A DNA stretch of 64,000 nucleotides from Candidatus Spyradenecus sp. (GTDB lineage Bacteria > Verrucomicrobiota > Kiritimatiellia > RFP12 > DVOR01), in assembly GCA_045605345.1 (NCBI GenBank), contig JAZUPT010000019.1, positions 64,603-128,602 on the forward strand, written 5' to 3'. This document shows positions 56,978 to 64,000 of this stretch, in pieces (position 1 is the first letter of the stretch; each line of letters opens with the position of its first letter). A model generated the notes under the pieces. The model saw nothing but the letters and a program-made list of their open reading frames with translations, was not told where the DNA came from and made no database searches. Made by a program: the position numbers and the translations under genes.

Positions 56978-59626
56978 TTAGAGCGTCACTTCGCCGATGA
57001 GGTGTTTTTCTTTCGGCTTGTTAAGGCGCAGGGTCATGGTGCGCTGCTTCTCTTTAGCCGTGCCCCAATCGGTGTAGAGGGTGACGGTGATGACGGTCGC
57101 ACCCGTGAGGGCGGTTTGATGGGAGGAGAAGTAGTTGGAGAGGATCTTGTAGGTGCCACGTTCAAGGTCTTTCTTCAAGTATTCCTCTGGGCCATAACCA
57201 GTGGTGACGTCTTCGGAGACAAAGCCGCCTTCTGCGGTGCGCCGATTTCGGTAAAACGCCTCTTCGCCATTGGGCTCCAAGACATGGATGTCGATATCGG
57301 TTTGGTCGGCGTCCCAACTCATCACAATGCGCAGGCTCACAGGGAGGTCGCGCCGATAGGCGGCATCAAACGCAGGAATGGTGGGGCATTCGCCTTCTGG
57401 CCACTCATGCGCTTCAATCCAAGCAATCAACCCATTGAGTTCTTCCAAAGCAATGATGGCGACTTGGAAGTCATTGCCACGGAGTCCACTCTTGCGACCA
57501 TGCAAATCAAAGGCCGCGCGCTTAAAGAGGGTCATCGCCTCTTCTAAGAGGGGTTTTGCTGCAGTGGGGGCTGTCATTGCGCGTGCTTTACCTTCCTCCA
57601 TGAGTACGAGGGCTAAGTCGCGGTAGCTCTGTCCCTCTTCGCCACGTAGGGTCAACACCTTGCGGAAACAATGGATGGCGAGCGCGTAGTGTTTGGCTTC
57701 TCGCAGACGCCATCCCATTGTGCGCCACAAGGCGGGATCTTCTAACTTGAATTCGGCAAGGTTGGTGATGATGCGCTCGGCAATCACAATCGTGCAGGCG
57801 CTTGAGATGAGCTCAGACTTTGAAGAAGGCTCTTTGCCGATGGAGGGCTTTTGGTTTAAGAACCATCCTGCGCAGTCAAGGTAGAAGGCGGGGGAGTCTG
57901 CGTAGGTCTTGCGTTCTTTTAAGTAGATGTTGTAGGCATCTTCAGGATTGGCATCCATGGCCTTGAGGTAGGGCGTGTCGGGATTCCATGGTTTGAGGGT
58001 AATTGTAGCAGTGGGCGTGTCGTCTTGAGCCGAGGAGCCTTTACGTTTGAGGGAACGTCGTACACCATGCTGGGCTTGAGGTGCTGGGGCATTTTCTGGC
58101 GCGCCACTTCCTAAGAAGCGATAGGAAGCAGATTCGGCCACGGGTGACGCAGCATCAACATCGTACATGGGGACAGGGGCCGCCATATCGACTTCGGCTT
58201 CCATTTCGGTTTCCTCATCGGAGTCGTTGTCACGAGAGAAAGCACGCGCGAGGCCATTAAAGAGACCGCTGGAGGGTGTTTGTTTCTTCGGCTTCGGATC
58301 GTTCCACCACTTGACGCGTTCTTCCCAATAACGGAGCAACTGCGCTTCGTGTTCGGCCTTTGCCTTCCTATCGGCGATCGGATCATCCATTGCGGCGCGA
58401 CGCTTGACCCATTCGGTATGAATGTGCAATTGCTTGGGCGGTTCAATCTTGTATTCCAACCACTGTTCCAGCGTCTCTAAAACGATGAGGGAGAGCCCAG
58501 GCCCCGCCACACCATATTTGCGACCGAGGGCCAAGAATTCATCCTTTCGGGCGTCTGCTTGATTGGCTAAATCCTGCATGCGGCGCGAGGCCCACATGGT
58601 AGCGAGGAGCGTGCCGTCCGTGACGGGGAGCCCCGTGGCTTCGGCTTGGGCACGAGTGAGCTTTTGAATGGTGACATCGCGTGCAGGTGTTTCCGCGCGG
58701 CTGGCGATAGTCAAGCCTTCGCGTGTTTCATAATCGGGCGTTGTTAAACCCAGGGTGTCAATCTCATCGCTGAAGAGGAGGACAGGTGTCTTTTGGGGAA
58801 GGGCTTGGAAGGCCGCGCCTAAGTCGGTGCCCCCATCGTAAACGAGTGCGTCAATCGCTGTAAGGAGGTCGGCCTTCGTCTTAAAGGTTGACGGCATGTC
58901 TGGCCGATTGCGGAAGCAGTAGAGTTGCCATTCGCCAACGTCTGGGAGCATGGTTAGGCGTTCGCGCCACGCCGCAGCATGGGGTTCCGCGCTGAGGCTC
59001 GCATCCCAGAGGATGATGCCCGTAGTGAAGGCACCGAGGGTGTCGCGCAGGGAGGGCCGCGCCACGGTAGTGTTCTGTTCGGCAAGGAAGAAGTCTTCGC
59101 CGTCTCGTTCCAAAATTGCACTTTTGAGGGGCGTTTGAGGGAGGATCGGTGCGATGTAATCTATTTCTGCCTTGCGCGGAGTTTTGGGGAGTAAAGGATA
59201 GATGCGTGTACGCCAAAGATTCCCTTTGACGTGTTCAACAATGCCTGGGTCAACGCCTTTTCGTTCTTCGTTCTCAAAGGCGATGCGTGCTTTCTCTTTT
59301 TCACAGACCACGCCGGGCACCATTTCGCCATTAATTTCAAGTGCATAACCGCAGACAATCGCGCCGTCGGGGAGGGGGAGTTGCAACTCGCCAGACATTT
59401 CTCGCGAATTGGGGTTGGTGAAGGTGATGGAGACCTTGGTCCGTTCAAAGTAGGGATTTGAGGCAACAACCGACTGTGTCTGCGTAATCGCAACAGGTTT
59501 CTCATCGACACGCAGATTGGGAACAACGATAACTGGCGGGCGAGGTGGACGGATGTGCGCATGCACAGGCATTGTTCCAAGGAGAATCATCGGTAAAAAC
59601 GAAAGATAAAAAAGAGACTGCTTCAT
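56978..59626 (-). CDS. VIT (vault protein inter-alpha-trypsin) plus von Willebrand factor A domain protein, YfaP/DUF2135-like C-terminus
   Basis: Start ATGAAGCAG (MKQSLFYLSFLPMILL signal peptide), a VIT-like N-terminal domain (SITFTNPNSREMSGELQLPLPDGAIVCGYALEING), and a vWA region of about 300 aa. The track's 966-aa ORF is an upstream over-extension. Confidence 0.6.
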   Translation of the reverse strand: MKQSLFYLSFLPMILLGTMPVHAHIRPPRPPVIVVPNLRVDEKPVAITQTQSVVASNPYFERTKVSITFTNPNSREMSGELQLPLPDGAIVCGYALEINGEMVPGVVCEKEKARIAFENEERKGVDPGIVEHVKGNLWRTRIYPLLPKTPRKAEIDYIAPILPQTPLKSAILERDGEDFFLAEQNTTVARPSLRDTLGAFTTGIILWDASLSAEPHAAAWRERLTMLPDVGEWQLYCFRNRPDMPSTFKTKADLLTAIDALVYDGGTDLGAAFQALPQKTPVLLFSDEIDTLGLTTPDYETREGLTIASRAETPARDVTIQKLTRAQAEATGLPVTDGTLLATMWASRRMQDLANQADARKDEFLALGRKYGVAGPGLSLIVLETLEQWLEYKIEPPKQLHIHTEWVKRRAAMDDPIADRKAKAEHEAQLLRYWEERVKWWNDPKPKKQTPSSGLFNGLARAFSRDNDSDEETEMEAEVDMAAPVPMYDVDAASPVAESASYRFLGSGAPENAPAPQAQHGVRRSLKRKGSSAQDDTPTATITLKPWNPDTPYLKAMDANPEDAYNIYLKERKTYADSPAFYLDCAGWFLNQKPSIGKEPSSKSELISSACTIVIAERIITNLAEFKLEDPALWRTMGWRLREAKHYALAIHCFRKVLTLRGEEGQSYRDLALVLMEEGKARAMTAPTAAKPLLEEAMTLFKRAAFDLHGRKSGLRGNDFQVAIIALEELNGLIAWIEAHEWPEGECPTIPAFDAAYRRDLPVSLRIVMSWDADQTDIDIHVLEPNGEEAFYRNRRTAEGGFVSEDVTTGYGPEEYLKKDLERGTYKILSNYFSSHQTALTGATVITVTLYTDWGTAKEKQRTMTLRLNKPKEKHLIGEVTL

Positions 59627-59805
59627 AAAACCTCCACGAGGGTTGCGAAATGAAAAAGCGGGGTGGCACAGTTCACACCCTTTACATCGTAACAAATCTT
59701 TTCCGTGAAGAGAATTGAAAATCGGAGGTGTTGCATTGTGTAATTCGGAATACGCATTGATGAAAGGAAGTGGAGAGGCGCGGCAGGTGTGGTACAATGG
59801 AAGGC

Positions 59806-60987
59806 ATGAAAAAGACTGCGTTGACGATTTTGTATTACCTCTGGGTTGTGATTCGAGAGGTGTGCTATGCGATTGCAAGTTTCTTGTTATGGAGTTATGG
59901 CGGCGTCATTATTGTGTTTACCATGCACTATCAAGGTGTGATGGTGCTCGCATGGACGGCATTGTGGGCCTTGCTTTACGGTGCCCATATCTTCAACCTC
60001 TTTGGAAAGAAACGTGTTCGTAAGGGATTGTTGCTCTTGAGTCTGGTGGCGGTTGTGGTCCTGGTGGCGATGCCGTCTTATCGGTGGTACACCGTAGACC
60101 GTCATCGCCAATTGGCAGATCAGATTCAATGGTGGAAGTATGCCCCGTTCCGTGAGGGAACATTGGCGAAGCAGGTGGTAGCAGACCCACAGTATCACCT
60201 GCTCGGAGATTTGCCACGGATTGACGGCGCTTATGCGCTCTATCCACTTTATGCTGGGGCTGTTCAGTCGCTTTGCGAACCTAATGCCGAGATTGAGGTG
60301 AAAGTGGAGACAAATGGGTCGGATCGGACCTTTGAACGTCTCTTGGCGGGGAAGGTGGATTTGATTTTTAGCGCGCCTCCATCGCAATTGCAAGAAGAAG
60401 CCGCACAAGCAGCGGGGTTAACCTTTGAAATGACGCCAATTGCGCGTGAGGCCTTCGTCTTCTTTGTGCATCGAGAGAATCCTGTAGATAACTTGTCGCA
60501 AGAGGATATTCGGGCGATTTATTCAGGGAAGGGGAAGCGTTGGGAGGAGATTAATCCTGCGTGGAGTGGTGAGATTAAACCCTTCCAACGCAATGAGGGG
60601 AGTGGCAGCCAGACGCGGTTGCAACGCATCATGGGCGACATCCCAATTCTGCCACCGATTCGTGAGGATCGCGTGGGTGGCATGGGCGGCATTATTAATG
60701 ATGTGGCTGCTTATCGCAATCACCGCGAAGCGATTGGCTTCTCATTCCGTTACTTTACCGAAGAGATGTTTAAAAATGGCGACATCAAGTTGCTCTCTAT
60801 TGACGGTGTCGCCCCCACAGTAGAGAACATTCGCAACGGCACCTATCCCTTCTTGAGCGACTTTGGCATTATTACTGTTCACCCGCGGAGCGAAAATACG
60901 CGTAAACTCGTGAACTTCTTTTTCTCTGAAGCGGGGCAAACCTTAATTGAAGAAACCGGCTACGTCCCCCTCCCACACAAAGAGTAA
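59806..60987 (+). CDS. Membrane-anchored PstS-like (PBP superfamily) substrate-binding protein
   Basis: N-terminal transmembrane helices, then a periplasmic-binding-protein-like domain (DLIFSAPPSQ ... FQRNEGSGSQTRL ... IGFSFRYF). The start could be 59797 or 59806. Confidence 0.5.
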   Translation: MKKTALTILYYLWVVIREVCYAIASFLLWSYGGVIIVFTMHYQGVMVLAWTALWALLYGAHIFNLFGKKRVRKGLLLLSLVAVVVLVAMPSYRWYTVDRHRQLADQIQWWKYAPFREGTLAKQVVADPQYHLLGDLPRIDGAYALYPLYAGAVQSLCEPNAEIEVKVETNGSDRTFERLLAGKVDLIFSAPPSQLQEEAAQAAGLTFEMTPIAREAFVFFVHRENPVDNLSQEDIRAIYSGKGKRWEEINPAWSGEIKPFQRNEGSGSQTRLQRIMGDIPILPPIREDRVGGMGGIINDVAAYRNHREAIGFSFRYFTEEMFKNGDIKLLSIDGVAPTVENIRNGTYPFLSDFGIITVHPRSENTRKLVNFFFSEAGQTLIEETGYVPLPHKE

Positions 60988-61218
60988 GCCGCGACACTGT
61001 AAAGCATAAGTCTGCGATAGCTTAAAAGCGCCCGACCTCTTGTGAAGTCGGGCGCTTTTCTATCAAATGATACCACTTGCGTGAACGTGCGGCGATGGGG
61101 CCCTTCACCCATCGCAAGGATAACCGTCGCCGCCCATTTATTTAGTGTAAGAAAATCAATAAATCAAGGGTCGCAGTGCTGTCGTTATTTGAAAATATGG
61201 TATAGTGTGAATGTGAAA

Positions 61219-62346
61219 ATGTTCAATGAGCCGATTTTGGTAACGCGTCCATACTTGCCATCGTTGGAGATGTATAAATCTAAGTTGGCAGAGGTTTGGG
61301 CTAATCAGTGGTTGACGAATAATGGTCCTGTAGTACGACGATTTGCTACTCGACTTGCGGAGGTTCTTGATGTCGCAGAGGCGCGAACCTCGTTGTTTGT
61401 GAATGGCACCTTGGCGCTTGAAATTGTTTATCAGGCGTTAGGATTGGACACACCTGGTGCGGAGGTGGTTACCACGCCGTTCACCTTTGTGGCAACGTCA
61501 CATGCCTTGCGTCGTGTAGGGGCAATACCAGTTTTTGCGGATGTGGATCCCGATACCCTTTGCATGACACCAGAGTCTGCCGAAAAGTTAATAACGGAAA
61601 AGACGAAGGCGATTGTCCCGGTGCATGTTTATGGCCACCCCTGCGACTTAGATGGCTTTGAACGTCTTGCAAAAAAGTACGATTTGCGCTTAATTTACGA
61701 TGCGGCGCATGCATTTGGTGTGAAAGTGAACGGCAAGTCCATCGCGGATTATGGCGATGCATCAATGTTCTCCTTCCACTCCACCAAACTTTTCCACAGT
61801 ATTGAGGGTGGTTTGTTGACATTTCGCAAGCCGGAATTAAAGGCTGCGCTTGAGCGACTGAAAAACTTTGCAATTCGTTCAGAAACAGAGTGTGATAATA
61901 TTGGCACCAATGCGAAGATGAATGAACTCGCAGCCCTCATGGGAGAATGTTGTTTAGAAGTACTGCCGGATTTGATTGCCCACCGTAAGGCAATTTATGA
62001 CACCTATGCCGAAGTCTTTGAGGGGCAGGATAACGTTCGGTTGTTGCCCCGCCCTGAAAAGATGTATGGCTACGAGATTACGCATAACTATGCATACGTG
62101 CCAGTACTCTTCAAGGACTTCGAAACTCGCGAACGCGTTTACGAAACGCTTAAGCAATATAACATCTTTACACGTCGCTACTTCTATCCCCTCTTGAGCG
62201 ACTTTGAACCCTATCGCACCACTACTGGTGCCACTCCCATTGCGCGTCAAGCTGCGGATTGCGTCCTCTCCTTACCATCCTATCACGGTCTTGACCTCGC
62301 CGATGTCCGCGACATCGCTCAAAACATTTTGGAGATAGTGAAGTGA
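61219..62346 (+). CDS. DegT/DnrJ/EryC1/StrS-family PLP-dependent sugar aminotransferase
   Basis: MFNEPILVTRPYLPSLEMY ... NGTLALEI ... TPFTFVATSHA ... SFHSTKLF (Lys-containing loop). Confidence 0.8.
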   Translation: MFNEPILVTRPYLPSLEMYKSKLAEVWANQWLTNNGPVVRRFATRLAEVLDVAEARTSLFVNGTLALEIVYQALGLDTPGAEVVTTPFTFVATSHALRRVGAIPVFADVDPDTLCMTPESAEKLITEKTKAIVPVHVYGHPCDLDGFERLAKKYDLRLIYDAAHAFGVKVNGKSIADYGDASMFSFHSTKLFHSIEGGLLTFRKPELKAALERLKNFAIRSETECDNIGTNAKMNELAALMGECCLEVLPDLIAHRKAIYDTYAEVFEGQDNVRLLPRPEKMYGYEITHNYAYVPVLFKDFETRERVYETLKQYNIFTRRYFYPLLSDFEPYRTTTGATPIARQAADCVLSLPSYHGLDLADVRDIAQNILEIVK

Positions 62347-63560
62347 GTGCGCAGAAAAAGTTAATGTTGCTTGGAGGTATTCGATACCTTTTGCCGGTGA
62401 TTGAGACGGCACATAAGTTAGGCGTGTATGTGATTACGGCGGATTACTTGCCAAACAATATTGCACACAAATACTCCGACGAATACGTCAATGTCAGCAT
62501 CATTGATCGTGAAGCCGTTCTCAAGGTTGCCCAAGAAAAGCAAATTGATGGAATTCTTTCTTTTGCATGTGACCCAGGCGTAACCACTGCTGCGTATGTA
62601 GCAGAACAGATGGGCTTGCCATTTCAGTGTTCGTATGCGTCAACTCAGACGTTACAAGATAAAGGGTTATTTCGCGCTTTCTTGACAGAGCATGGGTTTA
62701 ATTGTCCGCATGCAAGGCGTTATACCGACATTGAAGCGCCGCAGAAAGATATTGATTTCTTCACATGGCCAGTGATTGTTAAACCGGTTGATTCTGCAGG
62801 TTCAAAAGGCGTGACCAAAGTTGAAAAGCCTGAAGACTTGCATGATGCTATCGTTGAAGCAGTGGGTAAATCACACACTGCAGGCTTTATTATTGAAGAT
62901 TTTATTGAATTTGAAAGTTGCCACTCTAGTACAGATATGTTTACAGTAGAGGGCAAACTGTGCGCAGTGTCCTATTCGGATCAGTTGTTTGATAAAGAGG
63001 CGGACAATCCTTACACGCCAGCCTTTATCATTTGGCCAACAACGATGAAGCAAGAGCATCAAGATTATCTCACATGCGAGATTCAGCGTTTGATGGACCT
63101 CTTGCAAGTAAAAACAGGTATTTACAATATTGAAACGTGCGTTGGCAAAGGTGGTATTCCTTACATTATGGAAGTCTCCCCTCGTGGGGGAGGCTGTAAG
63201 ATTGCTGAGTTGCAAGAAATGGCTTTTGGAGTAAACTTAATTGAGAATGAAGTGCGGAAAGCATTATCAATGCCATTAACAACAATTAAAGAGTCTGCAA
63301 TTGATGGTCATTGGTGCGAAATGGTCGTCCATGCACGCCCAGGACAGCAAGGTGTCTTTGAACGAATTGACATTCGTGAGGATGTACAAAGAGACCATTT
63401 ACGTGTAGTGGATATGTCGGCACAAAAGGGTGATATGGTTTATCCATTTACAGGCGCGAACTGCTCACTGGGGGATATGTTCCTCCAATTTGAGACGCGT
63501 CAAGCGCTAGACAATGCGATTAGCGATGTCACCGATTGGTTAAGTGTTGTAGTCAAGTGA
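62343..63560 (+). CDS. ATP-grasp domain protein
   Basis: 405 aa; pre-ATP-grasp plus ATP-grasp fold (WPVIVKPVDSAGSKGV ... IIEDFIEFE ... IMEVSPRGGG). Its start overlaps the DegT stop. Confidence 0.7.
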   Translation: MSAQKKLMLLGGIRYLLPVIETAHKLGVYVITADYLPNNIAHKYSDEYVNVSIIDREAVLKVAQEKQIDGILSFACDPGVTTAAYVAEQMGLPFQCSYASTQTLQDKGLFRAFLTEHGFNCPHARRYTDIEAPQKDIDFFTWPVIVKPVDSAGSKGVTKVEKPEDLHDAIVEAVGKSHTAGFIIEDFIEFESCHSSTDMFTVEGKLCAVSYSDQLFDKEADNPYTPAFIIWPTTMKQEHQDYLTCEIQRLMDLLQVKTGIYNIETCVGKGGIPYIMEVSPRGGGCKIAELQEMAFGVNLIENEVRKALSMPLTTIKESAIDGHWCEMVVHARPGQQGVFERIDIREDVQRDHLRVVDMSAQKGDMVYPFTGANCSLGDMFLQFETRQALDNAISDVTDWLSVVVK

Positions 63561-63564
63561 CGCA

Positions 63565-64000
63565 TGAAGGCAATTGGCGGATATTTTGGACTGGATGAAG
63601 GAAACGGAAATACACCGTTGCCGAATGGTGTGTTGTTGAATTCTGCTCGAAATGCCTTACGTCACATTGTTCGTCAGCTTAAGATTAAACAGATTCACAT
63701 TCCGCGTTACATTTGTCCTGTTGTGGAAGACGCCTTGCGTGCAGAATCATGTGCGATTGAACACTATGATTTGAATGATGCGTTTCTTCCTGCGAAAGAT
63801 TTTTCAAAGCAAGATATTGTTTTGTATGTCAATTATTTTGGCGTATCGGGTAAACGCGTTGAAATCTTGGCTGAACAATATCCAAACGTGATTGTGGATT
63901 GTGCGCAAGCCTATTATGCATTACCAAAGGGCCGTGCGAGTTTTTCGTCTCCGCGTAAGTTTTTTGGCATTCCAGATGGCGGTGTCGCATATGGTGTTGA
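63565..64000 (+). CDS. Hypothetical protein, possibly another aminotransferase-fold enzyme; its 3' end runs past the window
   Basis: ORF MKAIGGYFGLDEGNG... continues to the window edge. Confidence 0.4.

Overview
This is a 64-kb Gram-negative-type chromosomal segment of unknown taxon, with a core GC content of roughly 55-60% judged by eye. Housekeeping genes dominate it. Many products carry lipoprotein signal peptides, and ExbB/ExbD, LpoB-like and CsgG-like genes are present. In order, the genes I can support are:

- a recQ fragment (3' end off the window edge) and a thioredoxin-like gene
- a long minus-strand block, in order along the minus strand: argS, exbB-exbD, ftsK, a RodZ-like gene, nadD, rsfS, a lysA-like gene
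- glnS
- purC, a GH20 hexosaminidase, tilS, and an orphan B12-binding radical-SAM gene
- a NifU-like plus GGGtGRT pair with strong codon bias
- dus, manC-like, queA and rarA
- a large VIT-vWA protein
- a DegT aminotransferase and ATP-grasp pair at the 3' edge

Two accessory regions stand out.

1. At 24.2-31.5 kb, a CsgG-like / LpoB-like / YcfL-like / PEGA lipoprotein operon is bracketed by two copies of a 283-bp MITE-like element with ~24-bp terminal inverted repeats. Between the operon and the second MITE lies a remarkable non-coding stretch: about eight short GC-rich hairpins, three of them introduced by the motif AATCCACAG, and a second hairpin-repeat family.

2. At 43.4-54.65 kb, a low-GC island with no integrase encodes a 2086-aa secreted giant protein. 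It has eukaryote-like thrombospondin type-3 calcium-binding repeats, three NIDO-like beta domains and a C-terminal alpha/beta-hydrolase (lipase/esterase-like) domain. Two tandem paralogous lipoprotein genes follow it. Each is trailed by a copy of the last ~50-90 nt of the giant gene, and their N-terminal domains have diverged while the rest is near-identical. Next comes a fic gene with a degenerate Fic motif, bounded by 130-bp direct repeats that are themselves a gene 3'-end fragment.

I read this second region as a candidate, apparently undescribed, Sec-dependent polymorphic effector locus: a lipase-type toxin, duplicated immunity-like lipoproteins, and a Fic cassette.

I identified no rRNA, tRNA or CRISPR array.
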